Positions 9,738 through 20,424 of a DNA stretch of 64,000 nucleotides are shown here, piece by piece; position 1 is the first letter of the stretch, and each line of letters opens with the position of its first letter. The DNA lies in assembly GCA_002898555.1 (NCBI GenBank), contig BEHR01000002.1:9898-73897 (forward strand), written 5' to 3'. The stretch is from a bacterium HR15. Lineage in GTDB: Bacteria; Armatimonadota; Fimbriimonadia; Fimbriimonadales; GBS-DC. The position numbers and the translations under genes were made by a program. The notes below the pieces were generated by a model. It was given only the letters and a program-made list of their open reading frames with translations, searched no databases and had not been told where the DNA came from.

Positions 9738-10241
9738 GAGTGGACGGCGTGGGCTTACTAAGTGCGCCCGAATCAGCTTGCGCACCATGTCCATATTCAC
9801 CAGCCGACCGGGACAGCTCTTGGTCGTCGGGATGGGCGCAAGTCCGCGTCGCACCAGCTCGTTCACCTCGCGATGCCCCATCACAATCAACGCCTCTGGC
9901 TCGGCAAGGAACCGCTCCACCAGTCCATAGCGTTGGAGCATCTCGATAGTGTGCCGAACGCCGCTCTCTAACTGCTGTGGGGTCAGTGGTGCGATGTCGC
10001 CATGTCCAGAGAAGCAGAGATGGTAGGTCGTCTCGTTTAGACCACGCACCGCGGCAGGGATTTTCTCAGGGTCGCGCCCCGGCTCAATAGTGCCATCAAA
10101 GCGGATGACCACATTGTAGCCAATCTCCTTCCAGCCGCGCTCGCGATGCCACTGGTCGATTTGCGCGGCGGTCGTGTCGAACGCCTGTCCGTCGCGTCCA
10201 TGCGCCGCGGTGTGCCATACGATGCGTTCCACTCGTCTCAT
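9729..10241 (-). CDS. N-acetylmuramoyl-L-alanine amidase (Amidase_2/T7 lysozyme-like)
   Basis: IVWHTA, WHRERGWKEIGYN, GHRE, KSCPG. Confidence 0.88.
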   Translation of the reverse strand: MRRVERIVWHTAAHGRDGQAFDTTAAQIDQWHRERGWKEIGYNVVIRFDGTIEPGRDPEKIPAAVRGLNETTYHLCFSGHGDIAPLTPQQLESGVRHTIEMLQRYGLVERFLAEPEALIVMGHREVNELVRRGLAPIPTTKSCPGRLVNMDMVRKLIRAHLVSPRRPLSG

Positions 10242-10275
10242 AGAGTAGGCGACCTCCTCTCGAATCGGGACAATC

Positions 10276-12510
10276 TTGACAGATGGGGTAAACTTTCTAC
10301 GGGGGAATCGAAAGCAAGTGTGGGACCTGGTGCGCGGGGTTGGGCTGGCAGCGATAAGCTGGCTCCTGTGGAGTCGTGGTTGGACACCTCTGGGAGGGTG
10401 GCTGCTTATAGCGGGTGCCCTTCTGCTGGGCGCGCTGGCTATGCTGGAGCGCTGGACATTCAGGGAAGAAGGCAATCTGCGCGGCAGGCTCTTCCTTCGC
10501 ATAGCGGGACTAATCTATGACCTCGCACTGGTCAGTGTCCTCATCGCTCTCTGGCACGGCGGAGAGCAACTACCGTTGCCGCTCCTTTACTTATTGCCCA
10601 GCGCGCATGTCGCGTGGCAGCTGGGCAGTGCCGGCGGCACCCTAAGCGCGATTCTAACTCCGCTTGCCTTCTGGCTCATGCACTGGGCAACAACGCGCTC
10701 ACCGCTGTTCGATTCACCCGCTGATTGGGGCTGGCTTGGCGGGCTTGTTGCCAGCGGTTTCTTGCTCACTTGGGTGGCAGCCCGCCCAGCGACTGAACCA
10801 GGCACAGCGGGCAACGAGATGGACACCGCGCTTCAGGAAAAGGTGGTGCGTGTGCTGGAGGAGACAGAGGCGGCACATCGCGAGCTGCGCGTTAGTTATC
10901 GGGAGCTGGCACACCATTACCAGCGGCTGCAGGACGCGTTGACCAATGCGCAGGACGCGCTGGAACTGTTGACCGCGACTCGGCAAGCAAGCACGCCTCA
11001 ACAACTCTATCCCCTCCTGCTGGATCGCTTGCGGGAACGGTTCCACGCGGCGGGCGCCGCACTTTGGCTGGTGGACGAGCAAAAGCTTCAGATCCAAATT
11101 GCCCAAGCATCGGGCGTACTTACAGGATGGAATCGAACACTGAGCGGCAGCGGTGCGCGTCCCGCATGGCAGCACAAGGTTGCGCTGGAGACGGTGCAGT
11201 ACCTGAAATCGCTTGCTCTCGATGCAGGCGAAGCGTTCGCGGAGGCGCACCAACTGGGCGCGAAAGCGGACCCGCGCGTGCTGACCGTACCCCTGCGCAC
11301 AGGAACGCGCTACTACGGGGTGGTGGTACTGACTGCCCCTTTGGGCAAGGGCTTTGAACCGGGCATGGAGGAGCGCGTGCAGGCATTAGCGCCTCACCTA
11401 ACCGCTATCGTGAGCCTCTATGAACAACTCAGTTTGATGGAGGCGCGCCTGCAGGAGACGCAGCTGCTCCATGATTTGGACAAGCTGCTGTTCACCGTCG
11501 CGACACCTGCCGAAATCCCGCCGCGTGCGCTGGCGATTGTACAGCCCGTGCTGCGCTTCGAGTCGGCGCTGCTTGCGCTGCGAGCGGGTGCTGCACCTCT
11601 TGCCCAACCCCTTTCGGCGGGCGTGGAACGCGAAGAGATGAATGAGCGTGTCCAGGAGAGCGATTTTCAGGTGGTGGCTCGCTGGCGCGAGATGCCCGAC
11701 ATTCTGTCCTCTCTGCGCTTTGAGAAGGGCATCGGGCTGCAGGGCTGGCGTGCGACGCGGGCACGCCCACTGCTCATTCGGGATGCCCGTAACGATTCAC
11801 ACGCTGCCCCGGAGCTTTATCAAGCAGGCATCGGCAGCCTGATGCTCGTTGGACTCTCCGCGGGCGCGCGGCTCAACGGTTTTCTCCTGATGGCGCATTC
11901 GCAGCCAGACTTTTTCACGCCCGCCGATCTGGAGGCAGCCCAGGTCGTGGCAACCCATCTCACTTTGCTCATGGAGCGTGCCCGCCTGCTGCATCAACTG
12001 GAGCAGCTCGCCGTGACGGATGGTCTCACAGGGCTGTATAATTACCGCCACTTCCACGAGCGTTATCAGGAGGAGGTGCGTCGTGCCCGCCGCTACCAGA
12101 CACCGTTTGCAGTGATGCTCATCGATATGGATAACTTCAAACAAGTGAATGACCAGTATGGGCATCTGGAGGGTGACTATGTGCTGATGCAGGTTGCCGA
12201 TTTGATTCGGCGCACCGTGCGAGAGACGGAGCTGGTGGCGCGCTACGGAGGCGATGAGTTTGTTATCTTATTCCCTGCCACCAATCTGCAAGGGGCACGA
12301 ATCGCCGCGGAACGCCTGCTCCAGGCTATGCGCACAAGCCGGTTCGCCACGACCGAGGGCGAACCCATCGCGAACCTCACGCTCAGCATCGGACTCGCTG
12401 CCTATCCCGATAGCAGCAGCAACCCCGCCGAAATCTTGGAAAAAGCGGACGATGCCCTCGAAACTGCCAAAAAGACGGGCAGGAATCGCCTCGAAGCCGG
12501 TGTAAATTGA
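10276..12510 (+). CDS. membrane diguanylate cyclase (TM + 2 GAF + GGDEF)
   Basis: TDGLTGLYN, DMDNFKQVND.YGH, RYGGDEF. Confidence 0.93.
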   Translation: MTDGVNFLRGNRKQVWDLVRGVGLAAISWLLWSRGWTPLGGWLLIAGALLLGALAMLERWTFREEGNLRGRLFLRIAGLIYDLALVSVLIALWHGGEQLPLPLLYLLPSAHVAWQLGSAGGTLSAILTPLAFWLMHWATTRSPLFDSPADWGWLGGLVASGFLLTWVAARPATEPGTAGNEMDTALQEKVVRVLEETEAAHRELRVSYRELAHHYQRLQDALTNAQDALELLTATRQASTPQQLYPLLLDRLRERFHAAGAALWLVDEQKLQIQIAQASGVLTGWNRTLSGSGARPAWQHKVALETVQYLKSLALDAGEAFAEAHQLGAKADPRVLTVPLRTGTRYYGVVVLTAPLGKGFEPGMEERVQALAPHLTAIVSLYEQLSLMEARLQETQLLHDLDKLLFTVATPAEIPPRALAIVQPVLRFESALLALRAGAAPLAQPLSAGVEREEMNERVQESDFQVVARWREMPDILSSLRFEKGIGLQGWRATRARPLLIRDARNDSHAAPELYQAGIGSLMLVGLSAGARLNGFLLMAHSQPDFFTPADLEAAQVVATHLTLLMERARLLHQLEQLAVTDGLTGLYNYRHFHERYQEEVRRARRYQTPFAVMLIDMDNFKQVNDQYGHLEGDYVLMQVADLIRRTVRETELVARYGGDEFVILFPATNLQGARIAAERLLQAMRTSRFATTEGEPIANLTLSIGLAAYPDSSSNPAEILEKADDALETAKKTGRNRLEAGVN

Positions 12511-12553
12511 AAATGAGATCGTCGGGCAAGTCGGACAGGTTCGCCGTGTCAGA

Positions 12554-12606
12554 TGAAATTTTTTCTCTGGGGTACCCAGCGCAGCGGGGTCAGAGAAAAA
12601 ATTTCA
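12554..12606 (+). repeat. 53-bp palindromic element (family A)
   Basis: 16-bp perfect inverted arms TGAAATTTTTTCTCTG / CAGAGAAAAAATTTCA. Confidence 0.95.
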
Positions 12607-12640
12607 GATTGGTCTGGCTGGCTCAACTGAGACACGCACG

Positions 12641-13396
12641 ATGAAAGCAGCTCTTGTGCAACAGGTGGAGAAGTGCATTCGGCAAGGTAAGATGCGGCGT
12701 GCAATCCGCTTACTGCGTCAAGCTGCGGACGCGGGCGAAACTCCATCGCTCTGCTACCGCAAGCTGGCGGAACTCTATCGGATGCAACGGCAATACCAGC
12801 GTGCCATCTGGGCACTGCGCCAAGCCATGCGCCACACGACCGACCGTGACCCGCTACGCACGCTGCTGATCGAGGTCATGATGGAAAGTGGCAATTGGGA
12901 CGGCGCGGTGCAGGAATGCCGCCGCTGGCTGCGCGAATCGCCCGACCACCCGGTACCGCTGGAGCATCTTATGGACGCCTACTGGCGCCGAATGGAGTTT
13001 CAGCAAGCGCTGGAATTTGCCAATCGGCTGGTACAACTGCAGCCATCCTCGCCCCATTACCGGTTGCGTCGCGCACGCTTGCTGGATGATATGGGACGCC
13101 GCGCACAAGCGGTGGAAGAGTATCAACGGCTTGTCACGGATATGGACGCGCCCATCGAGGTCGTTTTCCTGGCGCAGATCGAGCTGGAACGGCTGGATCA
13201 ACAGCAGCTGGAGGTGCTGATGCCCTTGTTGATGGAAGACCCTGCCTTCCGCCTGGAGTTCATGCGCGACCCTGTCAAAGCGGTGCGTCAGCGCGGCTTT
13301 TGCTTCAGCGCCGCCGGCGAAGAGATGCTTGCCTACCTCCCTGAAGAGATGCGCCAGATGGGTGATCAGGCGAAGCGCTATGGCAGCTATTCCTGA
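12641..13396 (+). CDS. tetratricopeptide repeat protein
   Basis: helical repeats with A..L...P spacing. Confidence 0.75.
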   Translation: MKAALVQQVEKCIRQGKMRRAIRLLRQAADAGETPSLCYRKLAELYRMQRQYQRAIWALRQAMRHTTDRDPLRTLLIEVMMESGNWDGAVQECRRWLRESPDHPVPLEHLMDAYWRRMEFQQALEFANRLVQLQPSSPHYRLRRARLLDDMGRRAQAVEEYQRLVTDMDAPIEVVFLAQIELERLDQQQLEVLMPLLMEDPAFRLEFMRDPVKAVRQRGFCFSAAGEEMLAYLPEEMRQMGDQAKRYGSYS

Positions 13397-14231
13397 AGTG
13401 CTTCAACGGCTGCGCCACGCGCTTGGCAAGCGCACGCTGGTGATGGGCGTCCTGAACCTGACGCCCGACAGCTTCTACGACGGCGGGCGATACACCACGC
13501 TGGAACGCGCGCTTGCCCGCGCCGAGCAGATGATTGCCGAGGGGGCAGATATTCTTGACATCGGGGGCGAATCGACGCGCCCCGGCTCTGAGCCCGTGCC
13601 GATGGACGAAGAGCTGCGCCGTACCCTTCCCGTCATCGAAGCGATTGCCTCACGCTCCGACATCGCCCTCTCCATCGATACTACCAAGAGCGAGGTGGCG
13701 CGGCGCGCTTTGCAAGCCGGCGCCCATATCGTGAACGACATCAGCGGCATGACCTTTGACCCCCACATGCCCGAAGTGGTGGCAGAAGCAGGCGCACTCG
13801 CAATCCTGATGCATATCAAGGGCACGCCCAAAACAATGCAACAGAATCCCACCTATGATGATGTGGTGCGCGAAGTGCGCGATACTCTGGCGCAACACGC
13901 CGAACGCGCCCAGCAAGCAGGCATCCCGAAGGAGCATATCTGGCTCGATCCGGGCATCGGCTTCGGCAAAACGCTGGCGCATAACCTCCAATTGCTGCGC
14001 CATTTGCCCGACCTGAAGGCACTGGGCTATCCGGTGCTGGTGGGCACTTCGCGCAAGTCCTTTATCGGGCTGATTCTGGGTGGATTGCCCCCTGAAGAGC
14101 GTCTGGAGGGCACTTTGGCGACGCTCGCGCTCGCCGTGGCTTGGGGCGCCGACGCCGTGCGCGTGCACGATGTGAAGGAAGCAGTACGCGCCGTCAAGGT
14201 CGCCGACGCCCTCGTGCGTGGGTTATCCTGA
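13380..14231 (+). CDS. folP: dihydropteroate synthase
   Basis: MGVLNLTPDSFYDGG, GGESTRPG, DPGIGFGK, SRKSF, RVHDV. Confidence 0.97.
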   Translation: MAAIPEVLQRLRHALGKRTLVMGVLNLTPDSFYDGGRYTTLERALARAEQMIAEGADILDIGGESTRPGSEPVPMDEELRRTLPVIEAIASRSDIALSIDTTKSEVARRALQAGAHIVNDISGMTFDPHMPEVVAEAGALAILMHIKGTPKTMQQNPTYDDVVREVRDTLAQHAERAQQAGIPKEHIWLDPGIGFGKTLAHNLQLLRHLPDLKALGYPVLVGTSRKSFIGLILGGLPPEERLEGTLATLALAVAWGADAVRVHDVKEAVRAVKVADALVRGLS

Positions 14232-14236
14232 TGCGT

Positions 14237-15358
14237 TCAGTCGCAGCGCCGTCCGAAGTTGAACAGCACAATCAGCAGGTCCGTGTCGTCTACAACCCCA
14301 TCGCCGTTCACATCGCCTTCCACATGGCAGCGTCCCGTATCCAGCAGGAAGCCCTCCCAGCGCCGTGTCGCCGCGTTATAGCCCTCGCCCACGATGTAGC
14401 GTCCATTCGGGGAGATGGCATAGGCGGTGCGTAGAAGGGAACCACCTACCACAAGGCAGGCGTAGACCTCGTTGAGGTCCTCCAGGCCACGCGCGGCGGT
14501 CCAGCGAAAGGCGCGAAGCCCAAACCCTGGGCGTTCTGTCCCACCAACCACGATCGCGCCATCGGCAGACGCGCCGTAGGCGACGCTTTCGTTCCCACCA
14601 AGTGTGCCAAGATCCTGCATCCCGCCCGCCGCTGTCCAGCGAAAGGCGTGAACATGACCATTGGCGGTGCTTGCCCTTCCGATGACGACCGCGCCGTTCG
14701 CCGAAACGCCACGCGCATCGCTCCAATTGCCACCGAGCGTGCCGAGGTCCTGCATTCCGCCCGCGGCGGTCCAGCGGAAGGCACGCGCCTGACCATTGGC
14801 GTTGTCTGCCCGTCCGACTGCCACCGAACCATCGGCAGAGACACCATAGGCAACGCTGGCATTCCCTCCAAGGGTACCAAGATATTGCAGTCCTTCTGTA
14901 GCGGTCCAGCGAAAGGCATGTCCACGACTACCAACCACAACCGAGCCATCGGCAGAGACATCATAAGCTGCACCGCCATCGCTGAGCCATTGCATTCCGT
15001 CCGCTTGCGTCCAGCGAAACGGCACAACATCTCCACCAACCACCACGGCGCCATCCGATGACACGCCGTGGGCAATTAACCACTGACCCAGATCCTGGGT
15101 GCCGGTGCTTGTCGTCCAGCGGAAGGCGTGAGGGACTTCCTGACCATAAAACATGGAGTAGATTGCACCCACGACCACCGAACCATCGGCGGACACAGCG
15201 TAGGCGATGCTGCCGGGGGATGTACTGCCGAGGGAGCCAAACCATCGCAGGGTTTGGGCTTGGAGCGAGTTCGTGCCGAGAACCAGTCCCAGCGTTCCGA
15301 GAGCAACCAGCTTTGTAAGCGCGATCAGTCGCGCACGCCACCGCTTGAATTGTATCAT
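14237..15358 (-). CDS. secreted HAF-repeat protein with C-terminal dockerin-like tag
   Basis: repeated A.GVSADGSVVVG / HAFRWT..GMQDLGTLGG; signal peptide; GDVNGDGVVDDTDLLIVLFNFG. Confidence 0.88.
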   Translation of the reverse strand: MIQFKRWRARLIALTKLVALGTLGLVLGTNSLQAQTLRWFGSLGSTSPGSIAYAVSADGSVVVGAIYSMFYGQEVPHAFRWTTSTGTQDLGQWLIAHGVSSDGAVVVGGDVVPFRWTQADGMQWLSDGGAAYDVSADGSVVVGSRGHAFRWTATEGLQYLGTLGGNASVAYGVSADGSVAVGRADNANGQARAFRWTAAGGMQDLGTLGGNWSDARGVSANGAVVIGRASTANGHVHAFRWTAAGGMQDLGTLGGNESVAYGASADGAIVVGGTERPGFGLRAFRWTAARGLEDLNEVYACLVVGGSLLRTAYAISPNGRYIVGEGYNAATRRWEGFLLDTGRCHVEGDVNGDGVVDDTDLLIVLFNFGRRCD

Positions 15359-15534
15359 CTCTGACCTCCCGTATCCGAAAGGGGCATCGCGAATCGCTCA
15401 TTAGGCGCGATCCACGCCTGATCCTTTCATACCAATTATACACCAAATGGGCTTTAAAATAAGTTTGCCCTGACTGGCTGCCACACCCGGCAAAGCGTGA
15501 CCCCGTGCTGGAGATCGAGGGGTATACTAAGAAT

Positions 15535-17328
15535 ATGCGACTGTACGGGACAGGGTTGATTGTGGGGCTATTCCTGTGGACAAGTGCAACGGCTCAACTG
15601 CCCGATTTAAAATTCCCCGCCCGATTCGTGATGGACCGTAAGGCATATACGCCCGGCTCTCATGGGAAAGGGTTGCTCCTGCTGGAAATCCCTGCACCCT
15701 ACCATGTGAACGCCAACCCCGCTTCTGAAGACTATCTGATCCCGACCGAACTGCGGTTCGAGAAGAGCAACACCTTCAGCGAACTGAAGGTGGAGTACCC
15801 TGCCGCCATCGAGAAAGCCTTCGAATTTTCAGGGGGCAAGCCGCTCAAGATTTACGAGGGACGAGTGCTGGTTAAATTTCAACTGAAGCTGGCGCCCACC
15901 GTCAAGCCGGGCACACTGAACCTGCCTGTCACCCTGCGCTACCAAGCGTGCGACGACAAGGCGTGCTACCCGCCCCAGCGACTAAAACTCACGCTAAGCC
16001 TCACGATTGCCTCGAAAAACGGCGCCCTCAATCCGGAGTACGAGCGTCTGTTGAAGGAAGGGGAGACAAACACGGGTCGCAAACTGAAGGAGTATTCCAG
16101 CGCGGCAGGTGGCTTTGCAGGCTTTGTGGAGGAACAGTTTCGTCAGGGGAGATGGTTCCTGTTCGTGGGCGTTCTCTATGTGGGTGGACTGGCGCTGAAC
16201 CTGACACCCTGCGTGTTGCCGTTGATTCCTATCACGCTGGGCTTTTTCTCGTTGCAGGCGCGTGGTCAGCGTGGGCGGCGCGTGGCACTCAGCGCGCTCT
16301 ATGCTCTGAGTATGGCAGCCATCTATGCCCTGCTGGGCACGATCGCTGCGCTGACGGGTAAAGCGTTCGGCTTTCAGTTCCAAAACCCCCTTGTGACAGG
16401 TGTGCTGGTCGTGTTGCTGGTGCTATTTGCGCTCTCCCTGTTCGGGGTGTACAAGTTTCAGCCGCCACCTGCCCTTATGCAGTATATCGGTGCGCGTCAG
16501 GGCTGGCTCGGCGCGATCATGATGGGCTGTCTGGCGGGGGTCGCTGCCGCGCCTTGCATCGGCCCTGTGATTGCCGCGCTCATCCCGATTGTGGCAGCGC
16601 TGGCGAACCCAACCGTGGGCTTCCTCTTGTTCCTCGCGCTGGGGCTGGGACTGGGCACGCCTTACTTCGTGCTGGGACTGTTCTACGAAAAGCTCCAGAA
16701 CCGCATGCCGCGCTCTGGTGAGTGGACGATTCTGGTGGAGCGACTGTTCGGTGTGTTGCTGTTGTCCGCCGCGCTCTTTTTTGCCCGCAGCTTGATGTCG
16801 CCCAAGCTGTACGCGATGGCGTGGTTGCTGTTCTTTGCGCTGGTGGCAATCTACTTCTTTGCCTTCGAGCGGCGCGAGATTACCCAACCGCGTGTGGTGC
16901 GCTTTAAACAGGCGTTGGGTGTGCTTTTTTTGCTGTTCGCGCTCAATAACGGCTACTCGTTGCTGCGCCCCAAGGTCCATATTCGCTGGGAACCCTATTC
17001 CGAAACGCGGCTGGAGCAGGCGGTTCGTGAGCGCAAACCCGTGATCATCGATTTCACGGCATCTTGGTGTCAGGCATGCACGGAGCTGGAGGAATATACC
17101 TACACCCATCCACGCGTCGTGCGCGAATCGGAACGCTTTGTGCGCTTGGTGGTGGACGCCACGCGCGAGGATGACCCGAATGTACAGCGCATTCTAAAAA
17201 AGCATGCGGTGGTCGGCTTGCCAACGGTGATTTTTATCGGCTCGGATGGGCAGGAACGGCGCGACCTGCGCCTGACCGGTTTCGAACCCCCCGACGCCTT
17301 TCTGAAACGCTTGCAGCAGGTACACTGA
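15535..17328 (+). CDS. dsbD: DsbD-family thiol:disulfide interchange protein
   Basis: YQAC...CYPP, LTPCVLPLIP, APCIGP, DFTASWCQAC. Confidence 0.88.
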   Translation: MRLYGTGLIVGLFLWTSATAQLPDLKFPARFVMDRKAYTPGSHGKGLLLLEIPAPYHVNANPASEDYLIPTELRFEKSNTFSELKVEYPAAIEKAFEFSGGKPLKIYEGRVLVKFQLKLAPTVKPGTLNLPVTLRYQACDDKACYPPQRLKLTLSLTIASKNGALNPEYERLLKEGETNTGRKLKEYSSAAGGFAGFVEEQFRQGRWFLFVGVLYVGGLALNLTPCVLPLIPITLGFFSLQARGQRGRRVALSALYALSMAAIYALLGTIAALTGKAFGFQFQNPLVTGVLVVLLVLFALSLFGVYKFQPPPALMQYIGARQGWLGAIMMGCLAGVAAAPCIGPVIAALIPIVAALANPTVGFLLFLALGLGLGTPYFVLGLFYEKLQNRMPRSGEWTILVERLFGVLLLSAALFFARSLMSPKLYAMAWLLFFALVAIYFFAFERREITQPRVVRFKQALGVLFLLFALNNGYSLLRPKVHIRWEPYSETRLEQAVRERKPVIIDFTASWCQACTELEEYTYTHPRVVRESERFVRLVVDATREDDPNVQRILKKHAVVGLPTVIFIGSDGQERRDLRLTGFEPPDAFLKRLQQVH

Positions 17329-17329
17329 T

Positions 17330-18002
17330 CCACCCATCCGATGTGTTAGTCCTGTCCGAACTTCCTAACCGCTCACCTTGCCTGTTATCGGTAAAATAAC
17401 GAATTCGCGTGTACGATCTATGCAGGAAAGAACTCAGGTTATCATTTGATAAAGGATCGGGTCTCGTTGCCCCTCCTGTGCTTCTCCAAGTATCTGCAAG
17501 GATAAAGTAAGCATCATCAAGATACTGTGGTATAGGTTCATAAAGTCTGCCGCCAGGCAGCGCCATAATCAAGACAGTATCACCTGCTTGCGGAAAGCTC
17601 TGACGTTCCAGAACACGCAACTGGTTAGCAGGAAGACTGGAGATAGTATATACTAGTGAGCGAACAAGCTGATCGGGAGTGGGGGTATCAAAATGGAGAC
17701 GCCCTGACACATTTGCCAGACGTGGTTGCCTATCATGATAGTATCCTGCTAAATCGTCCATGAAAGATGGCAGGAAGGCGTATCGCCCGAAACGAGTCAT
17801 GCGGTCTTCTGGAATTTGAATCACTACCGTGTGCTGTCCCAACGAAAGCTTTTCAGGCGGTACATTAACACGCCAGATCTCTTGATTAGCAGGATCTACC
17901 ACACGGAAGATGCCAGAGGAAGCCCCGCGACTAACAGACCTGACGAGGTTGTGCCGGCAGGTGAGGTTTAGCCATGCGCCCTATGACCGTTCTACCAAAC
18001 AT
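17330..18002 (-). pseudogene. lower-GC remnant of an unknown gene
   Basis: strong RBS (GGAGGTGAG) and ATG at 18002 closes after 23 codons; a different frame is open from about 17902 and runs into dsbD; AT-richer than flanks. Confidence 0.45.
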
Positions 18003-18182
18003 TGCTCACCTCCACTTTTGGTTTCTGCTCAGTGTGCTATCTGCTTATATTATAGCACATTGAAAGGGGGTTTTTCAAGGGGAAAAGGGCTGGGGGTGAA
18101 GGCTGAAAGCGAATTTTCGAACAGCCTCGAACAGCATCGCCTCAGAGGAACATCACGGCGACTGCCGAAAATCGAAAGCGAG

Positions 18183-18848
18183 ATGAGCCTCGTGACCCTG
18201 GAAATGGTGCGCAACGACCCTACCGTGCGTACCTACATTCGAGCAGCGAACGAAGCATTGAGCGCGATGGGCTATACGGAACATGGCTTGCGCCATGCGG
18301 GCATTGTCGCGAATAACGCGCGTCGCCTCTGCCTCAAACTGGGCTATACCGAACGCCAGGCGGAGCTGTCCGCGATTGCCGGCTTTCTGCACGATGTGGG
18401 CAATGTCATCGCACGCGACCACCATGCCCAAACAGGCGCGCTCATCGCTTTCCATCTGCTGAGCCAGATGGGCATGCCAGCGGAGGAACTTGCCATTATC
18501 ATCAGCGCGATTGGAAACCATGAGGAAGCCTCTGGCTACCCCGTCAACTACGCGGCAGCGACCGTCATTCTGGCAGACAAGTCCGATGTGCATTTCTCGC
18601 GCGTGCAAAACCCCCATCGCGACCAGTTCGATATTCACGATCGGGTCAATTTTGCGACACAGCGCTCGCGCCTGCGCGTGTTCCCCAAAGAACGCATTAT
18701 CGAACTCAACTTGGAGATTGACACAAGCGTTGCCAGCTTGATGGAGTATTTCGAGATTTTTCTGGAGCGCATGGTGATGTGCCGCCGCGCAGCGGACGCG
18801 CTTGATTGCCGATTCCATTTAACAGTCAACGGCTCGCCCATCGGCTAA
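18183..18848 (+). CDS. HD-domain phosphohydrolase
   Basis: GYTEHGLRHA, FLHDVGN, AIGNHEE, LADKSDVH. Confidence 0.88.
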   Translation: MSLVTLEMVRNDPTVRTYIRAANEALSAMGYTEHGLRHAGIVANNARRLCLKLGYTERQAELSAIAGFLHDVGNVIARDHHAQTGALIAFHLLSQMGMPAEELAIIISAIGNHEEASGYPVNYAAATVILADKSDVHFSRVQNPHRDQFDIHDRVNFATQRSRLRVFPKERIIELNLEIDTSVASLMEYFEIFLERMVMCRRAADALDCRFHLTVNGSPIG

Positions 18849-18946
18849 GGACTGAACATTTGCCCCCTGCTCTCGTCTAACTGGGTGGCAGGGACATCCT
18901 GCCCACATGGGCAGATGTGCCTGACTACTGGAAGGAGGGATGTCTG

Positions 18947-19462
18947 ATGCGTAAACTGATGTGGCTGGCTGTACTGACGCTGGCGAGCGCTATGGCGATG
19001 GCACAGACCTGTGTCGTCGAGGGCGCGTTTGGCGCAGGGGCTGCGGGTATGCCCGATGCGGACCACCCCAATGCCTTCTTCGGGCTGAATGTCGTCCACG
19101 CCGTCTGTGGCGATCGTGAATTTCAAGCCGGCGCGTTCCGCTTCGCAACCCGCCAGGAGAACCGCCTCATTGAGATTCAGATGGTGCGCCTGGCACGGCT
19201 GGAAGTGGATGTGGAACATCATGCGGCTGCCTTCGCGGGGCCGGCGGTGATGACCATCCGCACGCGCGAGGGCATGCGCCATGTGCGCGGCATAGTGCGT
19301 GTGCAAGTGCGTGATAACCGCCCACGCGACAGCGAGGAGGGCGATCCCGACGCAATCGCGGTGCAGTTCTTTGTGCCCGATCGTGAAGATCCCGTGTTCA
19401 CTTATCGGGGTGTGGTGCGCCGCGGTGACATCCTCGTGTTTCATCACGAGCGATCGCGCTGA
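18947..19462 (+). CDS. secreted hypothetical protein
   Basis: RBS AAGGAGG; signal peptide MRKLMWLAVLTLASAMAMA. Confidence 0.75.
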   Translation: MRKLMWLAVLTLASAMAMAQTCVVEGAFGAGAAGMPDADHPNAFFGLNVVHAVCGDREFQAGAFRFATRQENRLIEIQMVRLARLEVDVEHHAAAFAGPAVMTIRTREGMRHVRGIVRVQVRDNRPRDSEEGDPDAIAVQFFVPDREDPVFTYRGVVRRGDILVFHHERSR

Positions 19463-19491
19463 TGCTTCGCCATGCGCGAAACTTGTAGTGG

Positions 19492-19532
19492 TTCTACCCC
19501 CCTCCCCAACGCTTTGGGAGAGGGGGGTAGAA
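19492..19532. repeat. GC-rich inverted repeat (REP-like or terminator hairpin)
   Basis: TTCTACCCCCCTCCCCAA-CGCT-TTGGGAGAGGGGGGTAGAA. Confidence 0.6.
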
Positions 19533-19596
19533 TTTCAGCAGCCCGAACCGAAGTTGAACAACATTAAGGTATGATACACAAAGCGAGGGCAAAAGC

Positions 19597-20424
19597 GTGT
19601 TTCTGGTGCTGGTAGGGCTTACTCTCTTGGGCGCGACGAGTGGGGTGCTGGGCGCGTTTGCCCTGTTGCGTCGCAAAGCGTTGCTCAGTGATACATTCGC
19701 GCATGCTACTTTGCCCGGCGTCTGCCTCGCTTACTTGCTGGGGGGCAAACAGATGGGCTGGCTGCTTGCAGGCGCGTTTATTAGCAGTCTGCTCAGTGTC
19801 GGCTGGGTCTCAGTGATCACGCACCGCACACGCCTCAAGGAAGACGCTGCCCTCGCGCTGACCCTCTCGGTCTTTTTCGGGTTTGGGATGGTGCTATTGA
19901 CAGGCATCCAACGCTGGGGCGATGGATATCAAAGCGGGTTGGATCGCTTCCTGTTTGGTCAGGCGGCTGCGCTGCTGCCTCACGAGGTTGGCTATCTGGC
20001 GACGGCTTGCCTTCTCATCCTGCTCGTGGTGGGTGCGTTGTTCAAGGAGTTCACCCTGATGTGCTTCGATCGGGACTATGCCCTTGCCATCGGACTGCCT
20101 GTGCGCTGGCTGGATGCATTGCTGATGGGGCTGATCGCGCTGATGGTGGTGCTGGGCTTGCAGAGCGCGGGCGCATTACTGATGGTGGCGTTGATGATTA
20201 CGCCGGCAGCGGCCGCGCGCCTGTGCACACATCGGCTCAGTCTGATGATTTGGCTGGCTGCTCTGTTTGGCATGCTCTCGGCAGCGGGTGGTGTGCTGAT
20301 GAGCGCGCTGTATGGACGCCTGCCCACCGGACCCGTGATGGTGCTGATTGCGAGCGCGCTTTTCGCGGTAGCATTTCTCTTCAGGTATACTGTGCGCGGT
20401 GAGCGGCGATGGCAAAGACCTTAA
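19597..20424 (+). CDS. Mn/Zn/Fe ABC transporter permease (TroC/MntC-like)
   Basis: ALLSDTFAHATLPG, LFGQAA, FKEF..MCFD, PTGP. Confidence 0.88.
   Translation: MFLVLVGLTLLGATSGVLGAFALLRRKALLSDTFAHATLPGVCLAYLLGGKQMGWLLAGAFISSLLSVGWVSVITHRTRLKEDAALALTLSVFFGFGMVLLTGIQRWGDGYQSGLDRFLFGQAAALLPHEVGYLATACLLILLVVGALFKEFTLMCFDRDYALAIGLPVRWLDALLMGLIALMVVLGLQSAGALLMVALMITPAAAARLCTHRLSLMIWLAALFGMLSAAGGVLMSALYGRLPTGPVMVLIASALFAVAFLFRYTVRGERRWQRP

Noticed and set aside
9729-10241. prophage lysin marking a prophage
   Set aside because: No holin, structural or integrase genes are nearby. The amidase stands alone among housekeeping genes.
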